In this document: positions 12,701-28,287 of the stretch, one piece after another
Position numbering within the stretch: position 1 is the stretch's first letter
Layout of the letters: every line of letters starts with the position of its first letter
From: Lingula anatina
Lineage: Eukaryota; Animalia; Brachiopoda
Assembly: GCA_051362555.1 (NCBI GenBank)
Contig: CM120642.1
Coordinates: 27,466,001-27,530,000, forward strand
DNA length: 64,000 nucleotides
Direction: 5' to 3'
Notes under the pieces: model-generated
Seen by the model: only the letters and a program-made list of their open reading frames with translations
The model's database searches: none
What the model was told of the DNA's origin: nothing
Translations under genes and position numbers: made by a program

Positions 12701-15700
12701 TATCTCTATAGTTACTTCATCGTAATCAAAGTGATCATCAGTCAGGTTTACTGTACCTTGTCAAAGTATCAGCGTTGCATTCAAAATATACTAAATATAT
12801 CATACACTGTATAAGGATCATGCCTTGTGCTAAAATTAAAGGAAAAATCACAGTTCTTGGTTTCTTTATAAAAATGATATATCAAATCTTCTCTTTTTTT
12901 CTTAATCCATCTTTTATGTATGCCTACAGCTCCCTGTTGTGAAAAGCTGCATTCTGCTATTTTGCCAAAAAAGTATAGGCAGAAATATTTTATGCATCAT
13001 TTATTTTCTTTACCTAGAATAATCTCTTTTCACAACCAGATATGAGTTTTACACTCAAGTCAAAACCCAGTAAATCTTTCTTCATTAAACCCCTTTTTTC
13101 TGCATCCTAAAATTTTGACGTCATAAGTTCCTTTAAAAACAACAATAGGCCTAGTCGAAAATAGATAAAGAGGGAAAATGGTAATGAACTTTGGAATTCT
13201 CTCCCCATGTACTTAAGCTGTATATTTGTAACTTGGTTAAAGATCTCACGCACTGACATGTTTTAAGTAAACTTGATTTAAAAGAAAAGAAAGAAAATTA
13301 CAATATTTCATTTTTAATTCCAGATACGAGCGCTTTAATAACCTCAAAAAACAGAATCCAAATTTGAAAACTCTCATCGCCGTTGGAGGATGGAACCTTG
13401 CCTCGGGGCCTTTTACCAAAATGGTATCTACAGCAGCTAACAGACGAGAGTTTATTGACACATCTATCAAGTTTATGAGAGATCGCAACTTTGATGGTTT
13501 GGATTTGGACTGGGAATATCCCGCCGCTAGGGGGAGTCCGCCTGAGGACAAGCAGAGGTTTACTGCTTTGGTCAAGGTATGTCTGCACCTAGAAATCTGG
13601 GCCGTATTTTCAATTGAAAACCCGAAAGAAAACAGTCATCATGTCAGTTACTAAAAGTCACTTACTTCTACTGCCAAAATTATAGACTTTCCTATAGTAT
13701 GAGATTGATATAGTCATGGGGCAAATGTGCCCGAAACTTTCTTGCTAAAACGTTGCACATTTTCATGATAATTATAGATATGTATATCTTTATAAATAAG
13801 ATAAATCAGAGCGGTCTATTCCTGCTAATCCTAGAAAATACCGTTAAAATATTCAAGAGGTTGGCCCTTAAAGATGGCAGTGTTTAAACCATCTACATGT
13901 GTACTATACTGTATATTTGTTGTCGGTAAGACAATATGTTTTGAAACAAGCCCTTTGAACACACACAGTTGCGAGGGCAGAGAGATATGATCAAATAAAG
14001 GCGTGTTATGTCGGCCAGCTGTCTTACTCCCCATGACAGGAATTCTATCTGCTACTTCACAAGTTCCCAGCTTCACAGTTAATCATCGCCTGGGCGTCTC
14101 TCGCATCTTGACACGATGACACCAATATCATACTTGCTATCTTTGGTTAGCTCTTGGATAAGATTGCACAGTGTCAACTGTGGGAACCTTAATATATTAG
14201 AAGGCCTACCCAGTGTCTATATTATCTACATTAAATGTTGTGCACAGACATTGCCCGCCTTAAGACCTTTATAAAGCAATCAATAAGAAACATGTATTAC
14301 TACTTTCCTGCTCTTGATATATTGCTAGCAAAAATGCAGTCACCTCATCATAAACTTGATCTACACATATATACCATGTATATTTTCATTAAAATTGACA
14401 GCTTGTTTCTTTAACTCTTTGGGGTTTCTGTTACTGACCCATTTGCTACCTTGTATCTCATTAGGCCTATACACCAAATCGTACATTAAGATCTAAGGAC
14501 CAATTATTATTAAAACTTCAATTCGCAAGGCTTAAAACATTTGGAGAAAATCTTTTGAATACGTGGCCCGTGCGTATGTAAATAAGTCTACCATTAGAAC
14601 TAAGAAATATAAGCTCATCAGATGATTTAAAAACTGAAAACTATCTAAAAAAATATATGAGTGGACATTTTATACTTTACAGAACATTGTAATCGGACAT
14701 TCTTCTCTTTACTTTTAATATAATAACCTTTCAATCAAAAATAATTATTTTAAGTTTTAATTTTATTTGTTAAGTCTACAGAACATATTTTTTATGGATT
14801 TTAGACTCTTAAAGAATATATCATTAGGCCTATATATATTACATGGCAAAGACACATGCTCACGTGACGTATATTCACTTTTTGAACTCCTTTATGCCAT
14901 ATAGTTTTTAAAATTAAAATTCACTTTGGACGACTAAATGTCAGCAAAATTAAGGACGTCTGTGAGTAGCTGAGTCCAACAAAGGACAGTTGGCCAATTT
15001 CAAAGGAAACCCCAGACCGTGATATTTAGCCAAAACCTTACAGGAATTTTTGTTTTCCTTTTCGTCAAGGGTGTCCATTCAGGTAATTGTCACGAGTGAG
15101 TCAAAGTAAAACTGTGCGTGTTTTTCACATATACTCGGTCTGTTCTAGGAATTGAAAGAAGCGTTCATTGACGAAGCTAGAAATACCGGCAATGAACGGT
15201 TGTTACTGACGGCAGCTGTTCCAGCAGGCAAGGAAACGATTGACAATGGATACGAAGTTGAAACTGTTGGCAAGTAGGTGTTTTAATAGAAGGATCCCTT
15301 GGTATTTTCATGGGATGATATTAAGGCACACAAAGCCAGATGCTTGCTCGTCCTTTATATACAAAAGATACATGTCGTACTGAAAGTTTGGCCTGTATCG
15401 GGGTTCCTAAAACAATTTGGCTCGTTTAACTTGGTATTTAGGCCTATCTAACTATCACCCTTTATCACAAAATGTTATTTTTTCAAATAATTTTGCACAT
15501 CATGTCAACATATTTACTTTTTCAAAATAAGTTGTGGACGCAATTGCCAAATTGGCAAGTCAATCGTTTTAGTGCTGAACTAGGACGATCACTCAAATTA
15601 GAGTTATTTGACAGTGTCTAATTTAACGACGACGTTGCAGGTACCTCGATTTCGTGAATCTTATGTCGTATGACCTCCGAGGAGCCTGGGAATCAGTCAC

Positions 15701-17982
15701 CGGCCACCAGAGTCCTCTTTATCCAAGAAAAGACGAAACCGGAGAAGACCTTTACTTGAATTTGGTAAGAATTAAATGCATATAACGGTTGGAATTAAAG
15801 TTTTTCCTCGTTTCTACTTCAAAAATGCTAAGTTCCACGCTATATCAAACAAATGTATAAAATTTGGATCGTCCGGAAGTTGCATTATGTGGTCTAACGG
15901 ATAACAGTTAACAGGAAAAGTTTAATACAAAATATATGAACAAAGTCAGGGCGTATGTTTAAAAGTCTTAAGACAGCTCGCCATGGATTCCTGTGCAAGG
16001 TTCTCTGATGACAAATAACATTGGTTCCAGGAATTCACTGCCAAATACTGGGCAAGCCAGGGTGTGGTGCCAGAGAAACTGATCATCGGCATGCCCACCT
16101 ACGGGCGCGGCTTTACGTTGAGCAATCCGGCAAACAACGGAATGGGTGCGCCAGCCAAAGGTGCGGCCAATGCTGGAAGATATACCAGAGAGGGTGGATT
16201 CTTGTCCTATTATGAGGTAACCCCTTGTGGAACTGATGAGTATGAAATATTGGATACTTTTTTGAAAACTCGACCTATCTTTAAATGTGATGTTGGCACC
16301 GTACATACAAAATTTGCAAGTCAATAAAACATAGAATAGTAGCATACAAAAAAGGAGGTTTATTATTAGACATTTGAAAAAGTTCGTCAAACGCTATTTA
16401 TGAAGAGAGGCATTGCCTTTAAAAATGTCTATGGCTAGCTTATGTTTCCATATCTCGACATGCACGTTTGTACATTAACTAATGCTTATTTAAATAACTG
16501 TACAAAACGCTGATATTTTAATTAAATCATTACACTCATCTTTTTTAGATTTGTGAAATGTTGAATAATGGCGCCACCAGCGTGTGGCATAACGAACACC
16601 AGGTACCATATGCTTACAAGGGCGACCAGTGGGTAGGATACGACAACCCGCAAAGCTTGAAACTCAAGGTAAGCGACGAGGTCTACCCAGCAAACACATA
16701 ACGTTATCATAACGTTACCATAACGTTAATTTTTTTTTAAAAAAATAACGATATGGCCACGTTATGGTAACGTTATAAATCGTTCTGTGTTTGCCGGGTA
16801 GGCAGTTGGTCGTAAGTTCTGTCGTTCATATCTATCTTTACGTTTGGCTTCTGAGAACCTTTGCTGATGATAAAGGCCTGTGGACTGATAGTAAAATATT
16901 TAAGCATGAATAACATGTATTTCAAGAGGGAGAAAAACTAAAAAATATGATCGTAAATCTACACTATATGCGCAGGCACCAGACCATTTGTTACCCCTTC
17001 TTCTTTGCGAGGCCAGGATCACAAGGAAAAGGGGGCGAGTTGTTGATGGAAAAATGCCCTATGAAAACTATTTCTTCTTGCGAGTTTTTATACTCTAGCC
17101 ACATATAGAATCCCATCGGCTCCCAAACTGCTCTATTTAGACACGAAATATCGCCTACTTTACCTTTTCAAAGTAATACCTTTAATGCGGTATTAAGCCT
17201 GTGGATGTAATAGATACTTTAACTTGTAAAGGTTGACTGGTTGAAACGAGAAGGATTCGGCGGAGCAATGGTCTGGGCTTTAGATCTGGACGATCACACT
17301 GGGAGCTCCTGTGGTGAAGGGAGATATCCTTTGATGAACACCGTCAAGAGCAGACTCTTTGGTGCCGGAGGACCACCGTCCCTACCTCAAACAACGCCAA
17401 GACCCGCTCCAACAGAGACACCAACTGAGAAACCTACACCTGCACCAACTAAGCCTCTGCCCGAATCTACTAAGGCACCTATTACTGATCCGAAGACTAC
17501 CGTTCCACCCGCAACAAAGGCGCCATCGAATCCTTCTACCAAAGCGCCAGTAACAAACCCACCCACCAAAGCACCAGAAACAAACCCGCCCACCAAAGCA
17601 CCAGAAACAAAACCTCCCGTGCAGCCAACACAGGCGCCTGGATCAGGTAGGCGGTGTAACCTTAACATGCATAATATTCAGGCAACAGTTACTAGCAGGG
17701 GCGGATTTAGGCCGTCTTCTGGGTCTTCCGGAAGACGATCAGATTTTCAAGTTTACATTGACGGGTATCTGATTTTTTCTGTCGGAAGACGGTCAAAAAT
17801 GGAGGATGGATCAACAAAGATAATTTGGAAGACTGTCAGAAAATATCTCTGAATCCGTCCCTGACTAGTATTACATTAATGAAGTACCTACTCTCTTTTT
17901 TGACCAATCTTAATGAAACCAGATCCTGTTATTCTCTGTTGCCTCCGTCTTTCCAGCAGAAATGGAACTAGGAGGCAAAAAG

Positions 17983-18018
<36 letters not shown>

Positions 18019-19871
18019 AGTTAAAACTGTCGTATAGTATACCCTCTACCAGGCCCGCGGAAAATATGTCCTCTTTGTCCTCTTCTCTATCACAGTTAGA
18101 AGACTGACCATATTTAACCAGAGACATGATCTTTGAATATCTAGTGAAAAATCAATGTGCAACCCTGGTAGAGGGTACGTATAGTATGGGGTTTGTGTTT
18201 CCCACCGGTGCCACAATTAGATTGGCGGACAGTTTTAACGGAGACGTTCTGTTTTTTAGAATTCAAGTGCCAGTCTAAGGGATACTTCACTGACCCGAAG
18301 GACTGCGGTAAATTCTACATATGTGAACCCGCCGGCTCTGGGTTCACCTCGTATCACATGAGCTGTGGCGCCGGAACTCACTTTGACGAGACAAACAAAG
18401 TGTGCGACTTCCCTGAAAAAGCCAATTGCAAATATGGTGATGGTAATTATGGCGATTATTTTCTATGCCCCTACGCCCTTGCCCTCGCTACGTAGGCCTA
18501 TTTGGCACTCTTCTGCCGGGGTCATGATTCTAATATAACTCTGTTCATTGGATGCCAAAATTGAAGCGTTGTTATTTCACCCTTGTTTTTAAATAATTCT
18601 AATATACTGTAGTTATTTTGATATTTTAATAAAGCAAAGCTCTTTGCGAATCGGATTTTGAATTGTAAAAGTTGAGTATATTATTACACTTAAAAATATA
18701 TATGTGGTAGATAGTCCTCTTTTCTGGACATCAAACTCGTTATGTAGGCCTACATATTGTCAATGTGGTGATTGGCTTTGGCAGGTTTACGTCATCAATA
18801 TTTTTTAATGACTGTTAAATATCTGATAACCTGGGAGGGCACGCAAACTTCGTCACACCTTTGTTGTCTCAGAATATTGATAAATGTTCTTTATATATAA
18901 GGATCGTTTACTTTGACAACATCATATCTAACTTAAGTTGAGGAAGTCTAGAAGGTTTTCCACAGTTTTTCATTTTAATTTTGAACTAGCCGTTCACATT
19001 AAAAAAAATAATTTGATTATTTTAAATGTCTGGGGTCGTAAGAAGATTTTGTATATACCGAGTCCAAATCTACTTTTAAAAAGGGCCCTTTGCCTAACAT
19101 GGCTTTTACATGACATGGCCTTTACCTGATAAAAACCTGATAATCACGAAACTATCGCAGCTGGCATATATAAAAATAGCAAGGCTGTGGCAAGGATTAG
19201 GCAAATGATGCACGTTTTTACTTCGTCTGGGCTTATTTTTAGATAAAACTGCCAAGGTTGGTAAAGGGAGCCCCTCTACCTTTAACGATGGGTTATTTGC
19301 CTCTTCAATTTTTGGTCGCAGGGCCAGTTTCACAAAACAAGTTTAAAGTGTACAATAATGAAAACATGTCAGTGACATGAGTTATTTTTTACATTTTGCT
19401 AATAAACATAAAAACCTCATTGAAGTGAGCCACTTTTGGTTTCTCATCTTGGCTAAAATTTGATAAAAAATTTTGGTCTTAAAGTCCAAGATTCATCTTC
19501 TTTTGTAATATAGCCTCATGGAGAATAGTCCAGAGCCGTAAAAGCATAACAGAGCTCCGTAATTAGGGTGAAAGACAGCACTCCGTATGACTTAAACATT
19601 TGTTTGGCGTAACAATGATCCGAACACAAACCTTGAGCTTTTTTTAAAGTTACATTTCACCTTTTCAGGTTCGTCTGTCCAAAAGCCAGATAGCATCTGC
19701 TCATGGAAGGGACAGGGCGTGTTCAGAGACCCGGACAACTGTGGGAAGTATTACATGTGCGTCCCGGGTCACAAGCCTTACCGTATGGAATGCCCGCACG
19801 GACTCGCGTTCAACCAAATCGGCAGCGCCAGCGGCGTGTGCGACTGGCCTTACAATGTGAAAGGGTGTTAG
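9718..19871 (+). CDS. Secreted GH18 chitinase (signal peptide, catalytic domain, P/T-rich linker, two CBM14 chitin-binding domains), 10 exons
   Basis: Exons with GT-AG boundaries and consistent phase: 9718-9808, 10608-10797, 13324-13576, 15149-15273, 15641-15764, 16031-16216, 16549-16668, 17232-17646, 18260-18442 (alternative donor at 18436), 19669-19871 (TAG). Motifs: [25 protein letters not shown], intact catalytic [29 protein letters not shown], two six-Cys CBM14 modules. Confidence 0.95.
10261..10440 (+). repeat. Perfect 90-bp tandem duplication (chitinase intron 1)
   Basis: 10261-10350 equals 10351-10440. A 27-bp tandem duplication also lies at about 10076-10133. Confidence 0.9.
10817..10910. 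repeat. (CAA/CAG/CAT)n compound microsatellite
   Basis: Seen directly in the sequence, just after the chitinase exon 2 donor. Confidence 0.9.
12840..13132. mobile_element. Possible TTAA-flanked MITE
   Basis: ttaa|aggaa ... ttcct|ttaa, with only a 5-bp TIR visible. Confidence 0.35.
16686..16798. mobile_element. Small MITE with TA flanks and internal taacgtt repeats (chitinase intron 7)
   Basis: ta|cccagcaaacaca ... tgtgtttgccggg|ta. Confidence 0.75.
17696..17863. mobile_element. hAT-like MITE with a 5-bp TSD (chitinase intron 8)
   Basis: actag|caggggcggatttag ... ctgaatccgtccctg|actag. Confidence 0.8.
18040..18177. mobile_element. MITE with 14-bp TIRs and a 9-bp TSD (chitinase intron 8)
   Basis: cgtatagta|taccctctaccagg ... 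cctggtagagggta|cgtatagta. Confidence 0.82.
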
Positions 19872-21270
19872 ATCATCTTAGATCACTTCGCCCGACCGCA
19901 GATATGAACAATCCAAATTTTGTTGGGTATGATGTTCGAGAAACGGCGTTAAAATAAAATTTTGATATGTAATTTGGACTGTTGAAATGAATTTGCCAGC
20001 GGATATTTTTCAACCAGCTAAACTATTAAGAGGTCTAACGTAGAAATGATTTTCACACAAATATAAACATGTAGCATGAATTTCCCTCTTTGGTAGTAAA
20101 ATAATAGTAAAAATAATAATAATAACAGAATTTGACAGTTTCATGGTAAAAGAAATGATTGCAGCGTTTAACTGACTGTAATGCCAATACTTATTCAGAA
20201 CACCACTTATTTGTTAGAGTCGTTTTCTTTTAGTACCACACTTCAAAACTCAATAAATAAAGGATACTAAAAGAACAAAATTCAACTCAGTTGAAAGAAA
20301 TGAAGTCGATCTACTTTCAGGCAACAGCTATCCTTACCTGCAATTGCCATGGTTCTTTTGATTATCAAGCAAGTACAAAATAAACTAAATAACAATTTCA
20401 GATTTCAGTGACATTTTATTCAATAAAAATATATATTTAATATATTTGTATGCACGATTTCTCATACTTTGTGACCTAATTGCAACAAGCCATTTGAGAG
20501 GTCCTTCAAGGCATCAAATTCTCTTTATATAAAAACAATTCAGTAATATTTTACATATGATAATCTTATCATTTCCCAAAGTGTTTATGCAAAATATATT
20601 TATTAGAACATGACATCTTAATGCACTCTTCATCGTCTGTCTTCTATGAAAGTGCAAGGATACTGACTGGTCTACACAAACAAGAAGCATATTTTCAATA
20701 GCACCTTGAAAGAGACCAAGCACGGGGCACGTTTTCAGTCAATTTCAACGATAAAGTTATATCACAGTACAGTCACAGCTGAAAAAAAAAAACATTTAGG
20801 TTGTGTGAAAACTTATTCATCTCATACAAGTTTTAGACATAATTTGGACCCAACAGTACAAGAGGCAAAAATGGCAGCAGTATAGACAAAGATTTACAAG
20901 TCAACCTACAGATACGCTTGGATGTTTGGTGTGTAAAAAATATTACATTGTATATTATTTATCTACAAAAATGTATATAAATTTATAATACAAAACAGTT
21001 TGATTTTAAGGTGCAGACTGACAATACACCATATAATTTCAAATTTTCCAGGAATTCATTTTTCCTGCATGTTAACCTTAAAAAATTTCATAATCTACAT
21101 GAAAAAAATTATATGAATCAAATAAGTACAATAATTCTAGATAATGTGCTTCAACTACAATGGAAGACACTGAGTACAAATTCATCTTTCTTTTCTGCAT
21201 GTGCATATTTCACTGGTGGAGACTCTGATTCTTCTCTAGCATTAAAGATAGGAAGCATTTGGGTACCGTG

Positions 21271-21687
21271 TTATACTTGAATACTGGAAACCTCCTCTGC
21301 TACTCCTATATTTTCATGAAAAAAAAAAATCAAAATCAAACAACAATATTAATACACATTAAAATATTTTTTGAATACGGGTATACCTGCAATTCCTACT
21401 CTATGTCATTTAATCAATTGTAGAATATTGTTACAAATGGGCCTGACAGTTTGTGTGAAAGAAGTCTTTTGCTTTCCTAGTGTTTAATAAATTTTGCACA
21501 CATAGGATATAAAATAAATAAAAAATATATATAAATAAATTCTCACCACAGACATTGTTTCCTATTCTTATATGGATATAACCGTTTAAACCAAAGTCAT
21601 CTCCCCACGAGTTTCTGATGATAAAATAGGGAACTGGGCCTGTAATACAAATGCATTAAGTAGAAATGTACATTCCAAACATCAAAT

Positions 21688-21726
<39 letters not shown>

Positions 21727-24591
21727 ATGGTTTCTATGTGATATCAATTCTGCTGTATCAATGGCTAGAAATTTTTGATGGAATATGTATAATGCATTAA
21801 CAAACATCACTTCAGAACATCAATTTTCAAAAGGGCAATTTTGCCCTCGTCTTTCTACCTGTCAGATCATAGCCTATTATCTGGACAGCATGATTGTTGA
21901 AGTTGTAGCAGTGGTACTGGATGATGCCTCCAAGGTAATCTTTCCAGGATGTAGCGTCCACTGATATGGTCAGTGGGCCATTAAGTAGCATACTGACCAT
22001 CTGGCCCTCAGTGGATTGACCATGGTTTATAAACCTGTAAAAATGGAGTGAAAACATATGGTGAAATTCTTCATGAAGTCTAGGGTTTATAAAAAGTGAT
22101 TTTTTTTCTTGAAGAAACTTAATTTGATAAAATTTTAAATACTCACCATGTTATTAGTTTTGAAATGTTACAGAGACTGTTATCAGGCTAAAATATAACT
22201 ATGGTCTCTTTTTGAAGCTGTGTGTTTCCAGTGGACTTTTCACCAATAAAGTCGGTGACTGAAGAGGATACATGGTAGAAAACTTACTTATCACAGGTGT
22301 AGTCCGCCAGGGACACCCCTTTGGTTGCATTGGATTCTATCTTACAGAAGTCTGAAGTGTCTGTAAGAGGATACTCCTGATCTGTCACCAGTGGTGTTCT
22401 GGTCTAAAATAATAAATAAATAATAAAAAAGTTAGGTCAAACATCTGACTTTTTATGATCCTCCAGTAGTAATCTGTCTTATCCCGTCTCAGCTTTTTAA
22501 ATTCGAACTTTTTGTTTTAATTCACACAATGCATAAAAACTCATTAGAGTAACAAAAACATTTTATCATTTCTGGGCTCACAACATAAACAGACCTTTCT
22601 TTTTAAAAAGAAAAATGGTTCCTGGAAATTTCAGCAATTTTCTCACAATCACCAGAGTATGCCAAAACCATAGAAAAAACTAATCCAATCCTCTCACCAG
22701 TTTCATCCAGTATAAAGCATGGCAGGTGTCTCCCCCTCTACAGCCAAAGTTACCATAGGCTGCACAGTCTATGACTTGTTGGACACTAAGATCACGTAGG
22801 TCTTTGGTTTTTATGGCATACATGGTCTCCACTGACTCCACAGAACTGAAGGCCCTGGGGAAAACGGGGAGACAAGGTGTTGGCTTGGACAAATGAGGTT
22901 TTATCTCTATCTTTTTAAAATTTTTAAATATAATCTTCATGAAAAATGATGACTTCATGGTCAAGATCCACTCAGCATGGTCTAGACATGTTTGAATTTG
23001 TTTGATATATGCCATATTTTTAACTTTTCTGAAAAAAAAATTTTTGTTGCAAAATTCATAATTCATTGGTTCATTATTTTGATTAATCTTAAAAGGTGTT
23101 ACTGTCTGTTTAGATAAAAATCCTAGAGTGAACCAAGTTTTTCAAGGCATACAGAATTCATTCAGTACAGAGTGAAGTACATGTACCTACCAACATCCCC
23201 CACAAGATCTCTGATTCTTTACTTTGGTGATGACTGGCCATTTCCAGTCTGTCCTCCTTAAAAAATAATAATAATAATAAATCAGTTATCAGTTGTTTGT
23301 ATAATTTTATTAAATTGTGCATCACTCAGCAATACCTCAAAGTTAAAGAAAACAAACATGAATGTAAATACAAATTATCACAGCTTAAAAATAAATTCAT
23401 AACAGCATATATAGTTTTGAAACACAGATGAGATGTGAAGTTTTTGCAAGATTACTGTCTTTACTTGCACTATGTTTAAAAAAATAGTCTGGTCTTTTAT
23501 TAAAATGCAATCATTGGTATCTTACCAATCCCACTTCTGTGGTTGGAATGATTTATAACTATGATCTGTGGTTTGTTTTTGTGTATTCTTGACATAGCCC
23601 CCCTGGCTCTTCAGAAGATGGTGCTTCAGTGGCTTTTTGGTATCATCAAGGTATTGAGCTTAAAACAGAGCATTTGCATTAATTTTTGAATAATAATAAA
23701 AACCCGAATTCGGGTTAACTTTTATAATTTATTTAATTAAAAAATTAGGCCGACTAAATGTTTTCCACACAACTTAACAATCATTATATTGAGATCAAAT
23801 ATATGAATAATGTACTTGTTTAAAATTTCAATCCTGCCCTCTGGCAGTCCATAAATTAATTCTGTTTAACATTTAATCATTTTATCACTGAAAGTCAATT
23901 TACCAATGAATTCTTCATCTGTAAGGTCAGAGAACTTTGTGACACCATATATTGCACTATGATTACTTGTCCTTAAAGAATTCAACTGATGGTGCTTCTT
24001 CAGACTGTCCTGGAATGTAAATCATAAGAAAACTTCATGAATGATGTTGTCAACATAAAACTGAATATTGCAATGTCAGGTTGACAAATCTTATGACAAA
24101 TATGTATAAGCTATCAAAAAATCCAAAATTTCAAAAATATATACATGATAAATGTACTTACACCAGTATATACACTGTACTACTATAATACCAGTACCTG
24201 TCTTCCAGTAAATTGGCATTATTAAAACAGACACGAACAACTATTTTTCCTGATGAAGAAATAAACGCTTTTGTAATCTGAGAATTATTTGGAATATTTC
24301 ATGAAGAAAGTAACGTAAACTTGCAAGTTGCAACGTACGTTAACGTTACTTGAACTTTCTTGTTACTGTTTACAGTAAGTCAGCTGATGGGGAACTCACC
24401 TGGAATATTTTTAGTCTTTTGTAATACTCTTCTGAACCTATCTTGTACGGCTTTTGGTACTTTTTAATGAAAAGTTTAAATTTCTGCTCAACATCCGTAA
24501 CAGCAGTTGTTACAAAATAGTGACTTGAAATAAATATTACTGTCATGAAAATCAAAACACTGGACATGTGACTTCTCCATGGTGGTTCCAT
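21271..24591 (-). CDS. CTSO: Cathepsin O-like papain-family (C1A) cysteine protease, 9 exons
   Basis: Exons on the minus strand: 24591-24400, 24009-23904, 23658-23526, 23256-23191, 22854-22698, 22403-22288, 22034-21859, 21639-21547, 21305-21271 (TAA). Signal peptide, I29 propeptide (YGVTKFSDLTDEEF), catalytic QRSCGGCWAFS, LSVQQVIDC, GCRGGDTC, NHAVQIIGYDLTG, IIRNSWG. LSVQQVIDC and WKDYLGGIIQYHC are typical of cathepsin O. Confidence 0.92.
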
Positions 24592-24628
24592 CTTGGCTAC
24601 CCACAATGCAACGCGGCAACGAGAACTG

Positions 24629-24648
24629 CTTCCTCTTTTCCGGCCTCC
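24629..24648 (+). promoter_or_regulatory. TCT initiator / 5'TOP pyrimidine tract of RPS3
   Basis: cttcctcttttccggcctcc lies immediately before aaaATG, the canonical start of ribosomal-protein transcripts. Confidence 0.8.
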
Positions 24649-24651
24649 AAA

Positions 24652-27438
<2,787 letters not shown>

Positions 27439-27955
27439 AAGAATGGTGGAGAGACTGAACTTAACTGAATTGTAAAACTGTGAATATTATTACTTTATCT
27501 CAAATGTGGAAAAAAGGAAGTAAAAAAAAGAAACTTATCCATGAAATAAAGATAAAGTGAGATGGAAAAAATGTCTCGAGTTCTTTATCCCTGTGAATGA
27601 CTCTTCATATATCATAATTGATGGTTTAATATTCATCTCTTCAAGCTTGGCTTTGTGCAATACATGATTTGGTCATTGAAATAGTCTTCCACATATTAGA
27701 ACTTACTTGTTTCATTTACCAATTTGAAAAAAGTTTCATCTCGTATGTGAAGAAACTCGTTTCTTGCAAGATTAGATTTTTTAAAATATTTTTTTCACAA
27801 GAATTGGGACAAAGCTTGCTTTGAAATTGAAGAAAATAACACCATCAAAGCTTGAATACTATTAAATTGCTGAGACCAGTCAGTGCTGCTGAAGTTGAAG
27901 TTTCGCGATTAGTGAAGAATGGGGTTGGTGTTTGGGATGAATGTGACCTGTTTAA

Positions 27956-28287
27956 AGGGATAATAACTCTTCATTTCGGCCAAAAAATGAATTTTCCTGG
28001 AGTAAACAACAATTTTCCCATACTTACCAATGGTTAATGAATCCATTTTTGCATTCAAAGTTAGTCCCTGTTTTTTTTCTAAAATTTTGGTTTTTTGCTA
28101 AAATCTCTTAAGAGATTTTAACTTAGTATAGCTATCAATGGAGGTCACGTGGTCTAAAGACAGGCTTAAATATCAGAATAATAGCTATAACTGCCATTTT
28201 TGTTGTAAAACAGAATATATTATATTTTATGAGTTATTCACAATGTTTTTATTGTGAAATATACATCTCATACAAAGAGTTATCCCT
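27956..28287. mobile_element. TTAA-flanked (Kolobok-like) MITE
   Basis: ttaa|agggataataactct ... agagttatccct|ttaa. Confidence 0.65.

Noticed and set aside
17647-17852. C-terminal extension of the 17241-17852 ORF
   Set aside because: It is read-through past the donor at 17646 into intron and MITE sequence.
23257-23661. Non-canonical or minor-spliceosome introns in CTSO (two AAG acceptors)
   Set aside because: Both are GT-AG introns with ordinary U2-type donors; AAG acceptors are uncommon but normal.
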